NCBI GenBank assembly: GCA_964625945.1
Contig: CAZVDP010000015.1
Location: 202,542 to 266,541, forward strand
Source: an uncultured Dehalococcoidia bacterium
GTDB taxonomy: Bacteria; Chloroflexota; Dehalococcoidia; Lucifugimonadales; UBA1127
Direction of reading: 5' to 3'
Length of the DNA: 64,000 nucleotides
The stretch's first letter is position 1; each line of letters opens with the position of its first letter. Below, one piece after another: positions 10,291-18,947 of this stretch. The position numbers were made by a program, and so were the translations under genes. The notes beneath the pieces are model-generated. The model was not told the DNA's origin. It saw only the letters and a list, made by a program, of their open reading frames with translations, and ran no database searches.

Positions 10291-11239
10291 CCGGCACTGG
10301 GACCGAGCCCAGCACTTCCTCTATCACCTGTTCAACAGTAATCCCTCGAAGCCGGGCTTGTGGAGCGAGCACAAGCCGATGTGCCAAAATCGGTTCGACT
10401 AACTCCTTGATGTCGTCTGGCAACACGTACGACCGATCGGACACTGCAGCTAATGCCTTCGCGCCTCGGTAAAGAAACAGAGCTGCCCTAGGGCTAGCAC
10501 CAAGTTCTAAGAGCTTATGAGATCGAGTTTCTTGAACGATCTTTACTAGGTACTCAGCTACTGACGCTTCTATGCTCACTGACTCTACAAGACGCTGGGA
10601 TGCTAATAGATCCTCTTGGGTCACCGAAGGGCTTGGCAAGGCGCCTGGTCCAGACACTGCCTGATACCGCCTGAGTATCTCCAATTCATCGGCTAATGAA
10701 GGATATCCCAAACGAATACGTAGCATAAACCGGTCCGTCTGAGCCTCTGGTAACGGAAATGTCCCTTCCAATTCAATTGGGTTCTGCGTCGCGATCACTA
10801 TGAAGGGGTTCGGGAGTGAGCGAGTTACGCCATCAATCGTAACTTGGCTCTCCTGCATCGCCTCTAGTAACGCGGATTGCGTTCTCGGTGTAGCCCGGTT
10901 GATCTCATCTGCCAGCAAAACTTGTGTGAACACAGGGCCAGGATAGAATTCGAAGTCAGTAGTTTGCTGATTAAATATGTTGGTCCCTACTACATCAACC
11001 GGGGTCAGATCTGGGGTAAACTGGATCCTCTTAAATGTAAGACCCAGCGAAGACGATAACGCCCGAGCCAGAGTGGTTTTCCCTATTCCAGGTATATCCT
11101 CTACAAGTAAATGTCCATTACACAATAGGGCCACGAGAACAAGATTGAGCGCAGACTCTTTGCCAACAACAGCCTCCGCTACACTATTCCGTAACCGTTG
11201 AGCAAGATCAGAAACGGGTGAGACCACGGTGTCAGTCAT
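10280..11239 (-). CDS. MoxR-family AAA+ ATPase
   Basis: Walker A DIPGIGKTTLARALS and Walker B with downstream motif VLLADEINRATPRTQSALLEAMQE. At 319 aa it is typical of MoxR (AAA_3). Confidence 0.92.
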   Translation of the reverse strand: MTDTVVSPVSDLAQRLRNSVAEAVVGKESALNLVLVALLCNGHLLVEDIPGIGKTTLARALSSSLGLTFKRIQFTPDLTPVDVVGTNIFNQQTTDFEFYPGPVFTQVLLADEINRATPRTQSALLEAMQESQVTIDGVTRSLPNPFIVIATQNPIELEGTFPLPEAQTDRFMLRIRLGYPSLADELEILRRYQAVSGPGALPSPSVTQEDLLASQRLVESVSIEASVAEYLVKIVQETRSHKLLELGASPRAALFLYRGAKALAAVSDRSYVLPDDIKELVEPILAHRLVLAPQARLRGITVEQVIEEVLGSVPVPVES

Positions 11240-12501
11240 TCGGATACTCCATTCAATACGATCAATCTCTTATCAGGGTTTCCCGGATACTTGCCAGTTT
11301 CCACAACTTGACGGTGTGCCGTCACAAACCCGTGAAATCCAACGCCTCTGGCTGTTTCAAGGACTTGTTCCACAGCCATGCCGCCTCGCGTTTCTAGTAT
11401 CGTCTCAAGTTCCTCAGATCGGACAGTAGTCCCAATTAGGGCGAGAGGTACTGCGCCACCGGTCGAAATATCTGTCGTCAAGCCCCGCCAATGCTCTTTC
11501 TTCCTAGAAAGAGCCTCATTGTCACCTTCGGAAGCCTCTGCCTGAAATCCTGTCGCTACCTCGGCCAACAGATCGGTATTCCCCAGCACGATCATGCTAA
11601 CCCGAGAACTCGCACCGACAATCTCCGGTATCAAGTCTAATACTGCCTCTGTTTCAAGGAGAACCACCACCTCTACGGTCCGGGGAATGTTTCGAGTCTC
11701 CTCCAGAGAAGCCAGCAGCCCATCCAGTTCACGGATCTGCATAGGGGATTCGACCGCAATCAATACCCCCCATAGGCCTGGCCATACGCAAGCTTTTAGA
11801 TCACATTCAAGGCTTCCAGAACTAACTCGCGCGATTGGAAGACTGTTCGATCTAGAGGCTGCTACAATCTCGCTCCATACCAACTCTCGCGCTACGTCTG
11901 AGTCGACAGGCACCAGAGTCCCCACGAGATCGACACACAGCATGTCTGCCTCATCCTCGAACGCCCGCGTAACTGCGCTCGGATTATCGGCTGGGACCAC
12001 AACTATAGAAAAAAGTTTAGTGTTATGTTTCGCGTCATCCACGCTGTCGCTTATCGGGTTCAGAGTCCATTTCGCGTGTTCGGCACGGAGAACATTGATA
12101 AAACTTCGCTCGTATGTATAGCGATTGCGGGCAAGGCGCCACCTACGGCGTGCGCGCTTCCCCCAACCAGAACTTTGAAACTGATAATAATTTCTGGGAT
12201 AAAGGAAACCTACCGCCACTCCTACTGCACCTAACATAAAACATCCAGCACGAATTAATCCATCCGGACCGACAAGAACAGTCAACAAGATCACCAGCAA
12301 ACTAAGCCCGATCGTCTGGATGCGTGGGACAGAGAGATTTTCAACAGAATCCAGTTCTCGGTAAGCAATTGACTCCAAGATCTCACTGCCCGACCTACGA
12401 CCGACACGAATTACCCTTTTGTCTGTGGCATGAAACGAGCCACAAGACATTAAAAGTGCCTCATCATGATTCAGGAGCAATGGATCAGATGACTGTGTCA
12501 T
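11236..12501 (-). CDS. Membrane protein: N-terminal PH-like segment, two TM helices, C-terminal degenerate HpcH/CitE-like domain
   Basis: Its TGA stop overlaps the MoxR ATG (ATGA at 11236-11239). Residues from about 160 onward (VVVPADNPSAVTRAFEDEADMLCVDLVG...ARVSSG...VVLLETEAVLDLIPEIVGASSRVSMIVLGNTDLLAEV) follow the CitE/HpcH aldolase-lyase layout, but the DLED and GAED-type motifs are not conserved. The domain assignment is from memory and was not searched. Confidence 0.5.
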   Translation of the reverse strand: MTQSSDPLLLNHDEALLMSCGSFHATDKRVIRVGRRSGSEILESIAYRELDSVENLSVPRIQTIGLSLLVILLTVLVGPDGLIRAGCFMLGAVGVAVGFLYPRNYYQFQSSGWGKRARRRWRLARNRYTYERSFINVLRAEHAKWTLNPISDSVDDAKHNTKLFSIVVVPADNPSAVTRAFEDEADMLCVDLVGTLVPVDSDVARELVWSEIVAASRSNSLPIARVSSGSLECDLKACVWPGLWGVLIAVESPMQIRELDGLLASLEETRNIPRTVEVVVLLETEAVLDLIPEIVGASSRVSMIVLGNTDLLAEVATGFQAEASEGDNEALSRKKEHWRGLTTDISTGGAVPLALIGTTVRSEELETILETRGGMAVEQVLETARGVGFHGFVTAHRQVVETGKYPGNPDKRLIVLNGVSE

Positions 12502-12822
12502 TTGGGCTCTTAACTATTTGTAATCAAAGACCAAGCTGTAGATAGTCCAGCAGGCTAAAACAACGCCACGGTTGTTGAAAATGGCGAGAGTATGCTTGAA
12601 TCTGTCCTGCTAGCCAGGATCCCAAGTTACTTCCGCAAATGCGAAAGAAACTGATACCTCCCAATCCTACCTACCAAAAAATAATACGAGACTGCCAAGC
12701 CTGACAAGTGTGTCTACCGCGAGAATACCATGAGGACAAAAGCATGTAAATTCTTACGGTTTCTGAATCCTTTACAGTCAACTCACAGTCTCCTACCATG
12801 AATATGTACTGTTAGGATTCTC

Positions 12823-13494
12823 ATGGAGGAACATATTTTGGACACTAGGACCATTGCACTTATTGGAGGAACAGGGGCAGAAGGTAAAGGGCTAGGACTA
12901 CGCTGGGCGGTAGCTGGGCACCGCATCTTAATCGGATCGCGTGATATTGAGCGTGCAGCCACAGCAGTGACTGAACTGCGTGCGACGCGACCCGGAGTGC
13001 ATATAGAGGCAATGACAAATAAAGAGGCCGCTCGGCAAGCGGACTTAGCCATTGTCGCAATCCCTTACGAAGGTCTCACCGACACACTAACTGACCTCCA
13101 ATCAGAACTAGCGGGAAAGATCGTTGTCAGCGTCGTTGCGCCACTGGTTTTTGGCAAGGACGGGGTAGGCTCCATACAAGTTGCGGCAGGATCAGCTGCC
13201 TTAGAATGCCAAACCCTCTTACCAGAGTCGATCGTGATAGCAGCATTCCATACAATTAGTGCCCAAGACCTTCTACACCTTGAAAGGACTATCGATTGTG
13301 ACGTAGTAGTCTGCGGGAACAATCTGGAAGCTAAACAAGAAGTAATGGATTTGGCCACAAAGATCCCCGGCGTGAGACCGCTAGACGGAAGTACTTTGGA
13401 CTGTGCTCGCTACATTGAAGACTTAACCGCATTGATTCTGAATCTCAACCGCAAATACAAAGGTCACGCGATGGTCAAATTCATCGGAATTTGA
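12823..13494 (+). CDS. npdG: NADPH-dependent F420 reductase
   Basis: Rossmann motif IALIGGTGAEGKGLGLRWA...IGSR. Size (223 aa) and overall pattern match the F420-dependent NADP oxidoreductase family. A possibly better start is in-frame TTG 12838, 7 nt after GGAGGA (12825-12830). Confidence 0.8.
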   Translation: MEEHILDTRTIALIGGTGAEGKGLGLRWAVAGHRILIGSRDIERAATAVTELRATRPGVHIEAMTNKEAARQADLAIVAIPYEGLTDTLTDLQSELAGKIVVSVVAPLVFGKDGVGSIQVAAGSAALECQTLLPESIVIAAFHTISAQDLLHLERTIDCDVVVCGNNLEAKQEVMDLATKIPGVRPLDGSTLDCARYIEDLTALILNLNRKYKGHAMVKFIGI

Positions 13495-13652
13495 CCGGAC
13501 TCCGCTGAAGTCATAGGATTGCATGCTGACCATCTATAGACGGATGATGCCTTAATGTCTCGATAGGCTCACCTTTTGGCCTTACCAGACAAACCACCAA
13601 GATATGCTATGATGTGAAGAATTCCTAAATTCCAGCTAGGAGCCCATCCACC

Positions 13653-14342
13653 TTGAGTACATTCCCCACAAGTGAATCGCGTTCATCATTGTACATCCTA
13701 ATAAGCGCCGTTTTCATTTCTGCGTTAATAAGTGCAAACCTCATTGCGGTCAAGTTGGTCGTAATAGCAGGGCAAGTACTTCCCGCTGCGATAGTGATCT
13801 TTCCGATCAGCTATATCGCCGGCGATATATTGACTGAAGTCTACGGTTTCAAGCGTACTCGATCCGTAATATGGCTGGGATTCTTATGCAATCTTCTAGT
13901 CGTTCTGGCCATATGGATAGGCTCATTGCTGCCTCCTGCAGAATTCTGGAAAGATAATGTAGACGCATATGAGACTATCCTCGGATACACGCCGCGGCTC
14001 CTTATGGGGTCGTTCCTCGCCTACTTAGCAGGGGAAATGGCAAATTCAATCGTCCTTTCAAGAATGAAACAGGCAACTAAGGGGAAATGGCTATGGAGCC
14101 GCACGATCGGCTCCACTCTTGTCGGGCAGGGGCTTGATTCTGCCATCTTCATCACCATCGCATTCGCCGGGGAAGTCCCAGAGTTATGGCGACTAATTTG
14201 GATCCAATGGGCAGCCAAGGTCCTTTATGAAATCGTCGCGACTCCCATAACATATGGCGTGGTTACAACAGTGAAGAGACGGGAGCGCCTAGACTCATAC
14301 GACTGGGGTATCCAACTTAACCCAATCAAATTCTGGAAATAG
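13653..14342 (+). CDS. Queuosine-precursor transporter family protein (YhhQ/VUT, DUF165)
   Basis: 229 aa with about 6 TM helices. Motifs FPISYIAGDILTEVYG and VGQGLDSAIF are typical of this family. Confidence 0.8.
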   Translation: MSTFPTSESRSSLYILISAVFISALISANLIAVKLVVIAGQVLPAAIVIFPISYIAGDILTEVYGFKRTRSVIWLGFLCNLLVVLAIWIGSLLPPAEFWKDNVDAYETILGYTPRLLMGSFLAYLAGEMANSIVLSRMKQATKGKWLWSRTIGSTLVGQGLDSAIFITIAFAGEVPELWRLIWIQWAAKVLYEIVATPITYGVVTTVKRRERLDSYDWGIQLNPIKFWK

Positions 14343-14355
14343 AAGTTTCAGGAGT

Positions 14356-14664
14356 TCAACGACCTACGAGAATGTCATTGCCCAAGATGCGTACGTTGTA
14401 TCTGCAAAGATTTTCCATGGCCGGCCCTGTGAGCACTTCTCCGGTTGTGACGTCGAACTGACTACCATGAACCGGACACTCAACATTTGACCCCTCAAGA
14501 ATACCCTCCGAAAGTGGCGCATCGGCATGAGGGCATACTTCATCCACAACAAAATATTGGCCTTCTAAATTCACTAAGAGCCTTGGCGGATTAAAGGTAT
14601 CTAGCAGCTTCATTTCTCCCGGCTGCAATTCCCCCAAACTCGCGACTTTGATGAAATCTTCCAC
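14356..14664 (-). CDS. Rieske [2Fe-2S] ferredoxin-like protein
   Basis: CPHADAPLSEG...CPVHGSQFD supplies the CxH...CxxH Rieske ligands in a 102-aa protein. Confidence 0.88.
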   Translation of the reverse strand: MEDFIKVASLGELQPGEMKLLDTFNPPRLLVNLEGQYFVVDEVCPHADAPLSEGILEGSNVECPVHGSQFDVTTGEVLTGPAMENLCRYNVRILGNDILVGR

Positions 14665-14740
14665 GGAACTCCTCCTAATCGGATCTTGAAGTAAGCTGAT
14701 TATAGAAAGCGTTTGTAAGCAAGCAAACCTAAGGCTTAAT

Positions 14741-15436
14741 CTACGGTCTCATTAGAAACTGATCGCCTCCAGTGCCAAAGGTCCAGTAGTACGTGATGTA
14801 AAGACCCGACCCCAAGAGAATCAAGTTTCCTGTCCATCCCATATGAGGGAGAGCTCGTCTCATTATCGCTCGCGCACCGTGCTGCGAGAAGCTCACAACA
14901 ACTGTAATGAGTATTAGCATGGTCCCCATGCCCAAAGCATAACTTAAGAATCCAGTCAAGCCAGTGAATATCCCCCCTAGATTGATACTAGTCAGCACGA
15001 CCACAAGAAAAATCGGCAATGCACAACTCAGGGATGCTAGCGCGTAGCCGACACCAAACAAGAAGAGCCCAAACATACCACGGTCGCCTCCCAGTGAAAT
15101 TCTGCTAGCAAAAATGATTCCAAAATGTCCACGGGTGATCAATAGCCACATGGCTAAGAGGCTGACTCCGATTCCGGTTGTTAGTCCCGCGTAAGGCATC
15201 GCGGTAATGATGCCACGCCCCCCGAAGGCGATTACTGTGCCGATCGTCCCAAACACCGCTATAAATCCCATCGTGGTAACTACTCCAAATACCACCCCTC
15301 TCCAAGCCAAGAACATTGGAGAACTCCCCTTCGGATTCACGTCGCGCGACAATTGATACCCGATATAGGCGGGAAGCATTGCAGCCCCACACGGGTTGAT
15401 CAGCGCAATCATTCCTGCAGTGAATCCATACAACAT
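14741..15436 (-). CDS. CcdA/DsbD-family thiol-disulfide transfer membrane protein
   Basis: Polytopic protein with a Cys in the first helix (LINPCGAAMLPAY) and a second membrane Cys (LSCALPIF). The tracked ORF extends to 15556. I chose ATG 15436 (MLYGFTAG...) because family members have about 15-20 residues before the PC motif. The start is uncertain. Confidence 0.65.
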   Translation of the reverse strand: MLYGFTAGMIALINPCGAAMLPAYIGYQLSRDVNPKGSSPMFLAWRGVVFGVVTTMGFIAVFGTIGTVIAFGGRGIITAMPYAGLTTGIGVSLLAMWLLITRGHFGIIFASRISLGGDRGMFGLFLFGVGYALASLSCALPIFLVVVLTSINLGGIFTGLTGFLSYALGMGTMLILITVVVSFSQHGARAIMRRALPHMGWTGNLILLGSGLYITYYWTFGTGGDQFLMRP

Positions 15437-15570
15437 CGGCACATCAAAGACAGACAACTTCTCACCTTTCTCTGCGAACCAATCAACCTCGACGATGCAC
15501 AACAACATCCTGAGGGATAAGACCATCTGTACGCGTTCGTTATACTCATTGTACAAGCTCTCACAATCCC

Positions 15571-16770
15571 TTGACGTATCGTGACGCCCCTTGGTACACT
15601 CGTCAGAAGCTCGGGGGTGCTAACGGTATGGGGGTCCCACCATTTAAGGACGTCCGCCGCACTTACGGGTTCGACGAAGTGGCCATAGTCCCCGGAGGAG
15701 TCACCACTAATCCCGACCAGACTAACATCGACTTCACCGTTGATGGTCACACCCTTGCTCTTCCCGTTCTTGCATCTGCAATGGACGCAGTAGTTTCTCC
15801 ACAATTCGCAGTTGCATTAGGGCGCTTGGGAGGACTTGGAGTACTGAACCTGGAAGGCGTTTGGACTCGATATGACGATGCCGAGGCGATCTTGGAACAG
15901 ATCGCCGAGACTCCCTATGAACAAGTAACTCCTCTGCTCCAAAAGATTTATACAGCACCGATCAATCCTGATTTGGTGTCGAAACGGGTAGAAGAGATCA
16001 AATCCGGCGGGGTCACCTGTTCGGTCGCTGTCACCCCACAAAACACTAAGGCATTGGCACCTCAGGCAGTCGAGGCTGGAGCAGATCTCTTGGTTGTTCA
16101 GTCGACAGTTACTACTGCGCGCCATATTTCAAGCAGCTATCGCGGACTCGTGTTTTCCGAATTGGTTGAGCAAATAGGAATCCCAGTCATCGTCGGTAAC
16201 TGCGTATCCACAAACGTTGCTCTCGAGCTTATGGAAACCGGGATTCAAGGCCTGTTGGTGGGCGTTGGCCCTGGTGCTGCTTGCACATCACGAGAGGTAA
16301 TAGGGATGGGCGTCCCTCAAGTCACCGCTACGATGGACTGCGCAGCAGCCCGAGAAGAATATCTTCGTCGGACCGGTCGATATGTATCGATCATCACGGA
16401 CGGAGGGATACGCACGGGCGGTGATGTATGTAAATCATTTGCGTCAGGTGCTGATGCCGTCATGTTGGGAACCCCTTTGGCGCAGACAACGGAGGCACCA
16501 GGACGTGGAGCAAATTGGGGTATGGCAACCCCACATCCGGCGCTTCCTAGAGGAACTCGTATTAAGGTGGGTACAAAAGGTAGTCTGGAACAAATGCTAC
16601 TGGGTCCCTCAATCGTCACCGATGGGACCATGAACCTAATGGGAGCACTTAGGGTTGGGATGAGTTTAGCCGGAGCCTTCACCATTCGCGATATGCAGCA
16701 GGCAGAAATTGTGTACGCACCCGATATAAAGTCTGAAGGAAAGATTTTCCAAGGGCTAGCGAGCCGCTAA
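15571..16770 (+). CDS. guaB3: GuaB3-type IMP dehydrogenase-related protein (no CBS insert)
   Basis: IMPDH-like TIM-barrel motifs: FDEVAIVPG, LASAMDAVVSP, GVGPGAACTSREV, ITDGGIRTGGDV. The length and the lack of a CBS pair fit the GuaB3 subgroup. TTG start at 15571; alternative ATG at 15628. Confidence 0.8.
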   Translation: MTYRDAPWYTRQKLGGANGMGVPPFKDVRRTYGFDEVAIVPGGVTTNPDQTNIDFTVDGHTLALPVLASAMDAVVSPQFAVALGRLGGLGVLNLEGVWTRYDDAEAILEQIAETPYEQVTPLLQKIYTAPINPDLVSKRVEEIKSGGVTCSVAVTPQNTKALAPQAVEAGADLLVVQSTVTTARHISSSYRGLVFSELVEQIGIPVIVGNCVSTNVALELMETGIQGLLVGVGPGAACTSREVIGMGVPQVTATMDCAAAREEYLRRTGRYVSIITDGGIRTGGDVCKSFASGADAVMLGTPLAQTTEAPGRGANWGMATPHPALPRGTRIKVGTKGSLEQMLLGPSIVTDGTMNLMGALRVGMSLAGAFTIRDMQQAEIVYAPDIKSEGKIFQGLASR

Positions 16771-16843
16771 ACCATTGTGAGGCCCCGTGTACGTGCTAAG
16801 CCTATACCCCTGTTTGATTAGTTACTTCTAACCACCTTACGGC

Positions 16844-17826
16844 ATGGATTCTTCCCCACCGATATCCTAAAGGAGCGTTCCGCCATACAGCAATCTAATA
16901 TAAGCTCGGACTCTGACCCGTCCCTTCCAGGATATATCGCCGGCAAGGTCGCACTTGTTGGAAGTCCCAACACGGGCAAATCTACACTTCTCAATGCGCT
17001 CCTCGAGTTCAAGCTCGCGATCACTTCTCGTAGACCACATACCTCTCGGCATAGACTCTTGGGCGTCCGATCGGGTTCAGGCTATCAAGTTGCTTTCCTA
17101 GATACCCCGGGGTTTATGAGGAAGCCCAAGGATCTTCTTGATCGACACATGCATAGCCGCCTCCGAGACGCCCTAGATGAGGCCGATCTAATTATTCTGG
17201 TTGTTGAAACTGGCCACCGGGACCCAATTGAGGAGAGGTTAATACATCTCCTCAGAGAATCGACCCAACCAACAATTCTCGTCATTAACAAAATTGATCT
17301 TATACGTAAACCTTCAATCCTCCCAATTATCGAAAGATATATGGCCTACGGTTTCTTCCAAGAAATAATACCAGTAAGCGCGAAATCTACTGACGGGACG
17401 GACATCCTTCTAGAACGAATCATTTCTTACTTGCCACGAAGATCCGAAATTTATGCTTTAGATACCCTGACAGATAGACCCGAACGTTTTCTAGTAGAAG
17501 AATTAGTTCTTGAGCAACTGTTCCGCCTTTACGGTCAAGAAATCCCCTACGATACTGCCGTGGAAGTGCAAGATTTCGTAGAAGGCCATGCTGCTGACGG
17601 CGGAAAAGACTTAATACGAGTACTGATCTACGTAAACAAAGCATCGCAGAAACGAATCCTGATCGGCCATAAAGGTAACGCCCTCAAACAGGTCGGCATG
17701 GAGTCACGACGACACATTGAGGTGATGCTAGACCGGCCGGTTTTCCTAGAACTCTGGGTGAAAGTCCGTAACGATTGGCGACAAGATGAAGAATTCTTGC
17801 GCGAACTAGGATACCAGACGTTCTAA
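16844..17826 (+). CDS. era: GTPase Era, with an unresolved start (non-canonical start codon or a 1-nt indel)
   Basis: The tracked ORF (17059) begins after the G1 motif. The same frame is open from 16822 and encodes GYIAGKVALVGSPNTGKSTLLNAL (P-loop) and then DTPG. The C-terminal KH region is present (LIYVNKASQKRILIGHKG). There is no in-frame ATG/GTG/TTG before the P-loop; see the finding. Confidence 0.85.
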
Positions 17827-18053
17827 CCTCCACGAACACTTCTCCAGAGAGTTGGCAGGCGAGATCAGCAATAGTTGACAAAGACAAAACCGTAGACAAC
17901 AATAGTGGCCTAGAGTAGAATATATGTTCTATTCCAATTGAGCAGGGCCACTGATGCAGAAGGGGGCAAAAGTGGCCCCTCCATAGTTCACACTTTTGTT
18001 ATCCTGGAGTAGTCCAGCTGTCGAGACTCTGATCTGCTGTTCTGATTAGGGCA

Positions 18054-18704
18054 TTACGACTCATTAATGGTCGCCGAGATAATTACCACTTCCTCCAGCG
18101 GCTTCGAAGGTTCGCCGCTCGGGCCATACGTTACGGGGGTGTTTGCAATCGCATCAACGACATCTAGCCCTTTGCTCACCATCCCAAAAATTGTGTAGTT
18201 CTTTGGGAGTGCGTAATCCTGATGCATAATGAAGAACTGGCTCCCATTCGTATTCGGGCCCGAATTTGCCATAGCCACTATCCCACGGAGATAATCTCTG
18301 GTCACCGACTCGTCATCAAATTTGTACCCTGGGCCACCTCTTCCGGTTCCAGTTGGGTCCCCGGTCTGAATCATGAAGTTCACCACAATACGGTGAACTG
18401 GAACACCGTCGTAATAACCTTCCCGAGCTAGAAATACGAAATTGTTCGCCGTGACTGGAACTTCCGATGCAAACAGATCAATATGAACTTCACCTTTACT
18501 CGTCTGTAAAACAGCAGAATACTCTTTAGCTGGGTCAATGCTCATTGCGGGCTGTGTTGGCCATTGCATGTTCACCTCTTGTGTGCTTAATTTCGACTCG
18601 ACAGGGAGTGGCACCTCTACGTCTTCTGTATTACAGTTTGCGAGGACAGATATACCCATCAAGGTAAGAAATGCCACGCTAAGCCTCAATTTTACAACAT
18701 CCAT
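18054..18704 (-). CDS. Cyclophilin-type peptidyl-prolyl cis-trans isomerase, secreted/lipoprotein-like
   Basis: Core motifs HRIVVNFMIQTGDPTGTGRGGPGYKFDDE and MANSGPNTNGSQFFI. N-terminal signal peptide ends in LANC. Confidence 0.9.
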   Translation of the reverse strand: MDVVKLRLSVAFLTLMGISVLANCNTEDVEVPLPVESKLSTQEVNMQWPTQPAMSIDPAKEYSAVLQTSKGEVHIDLFASEVPVTANNFVFLAREGYYDGVPVHRIVVNFMIQTGDPTGTGRGGPGYKFDDESVTRDYLRGIVAMANSGPNTNGSQFFIMHQDYALPKNYTIFGMVSKGLDVVDAIANTPVTYGPSGEPSKPLEEVVIISATINES

Positions 18705-18947
18705 TCGTTAGCTCCTAAATTAACGACCTTCTGAAAGCTTTTAACACAAAAACCAGTAATTAGCTGCCACGTCAATTCCGTCAACACTTGCACTCAATAC
18801 TACTAAAAAAAGTTTAATAGGATAACCACATGAGCCAACAATTTTCGCAACAAACGATCGACTTTAAGCTGTCCGATATTGTGTACTTTCTGTTTAAGCC
18901 AGTAGAATAAATGTAATGGGTTAATCAACAAGTGGAGGATCCACTAG

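Noticed and set aside
12765-12820. Imperfect hairpin GAATCCTTTACAGT ... ACTGTTAGGATTC just upstream of npdG as an SD-sequestering element
   Set aside because: The more likely start is TTG 12838, with its own strong GGAGGA downstream of the hairpin. The structure would then not occlude the functional SD. It also has an internal loop, and I have no conservation evidence.
13495-13652. preQ1 riboswitch upstream of the YhhQ-type queuosine-precursor transporter
   Set aside because: I looked for the small P1 hairpin followed by the A-rich ...AAAAAACUA-type tail. Only a weak AGGC/GCCT stem followed by ACAAACCACCAAGA was found, about 100 nt from the start codon and with no terminator. That is not convincing without a covariance-model scan.
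17945-17978. Stem GGGCCACT...AGTGGCCC between convergent era and cyclophilin genes as an intrinsic terminator (a third AGTGGCC copy at 17904 could form an alternative pairing)
   Set aside because: It has an 18-nt loop and no U-tract directly after the stem on either strand. It is possibly structural, but I cannot support a terminator or attenuator call.
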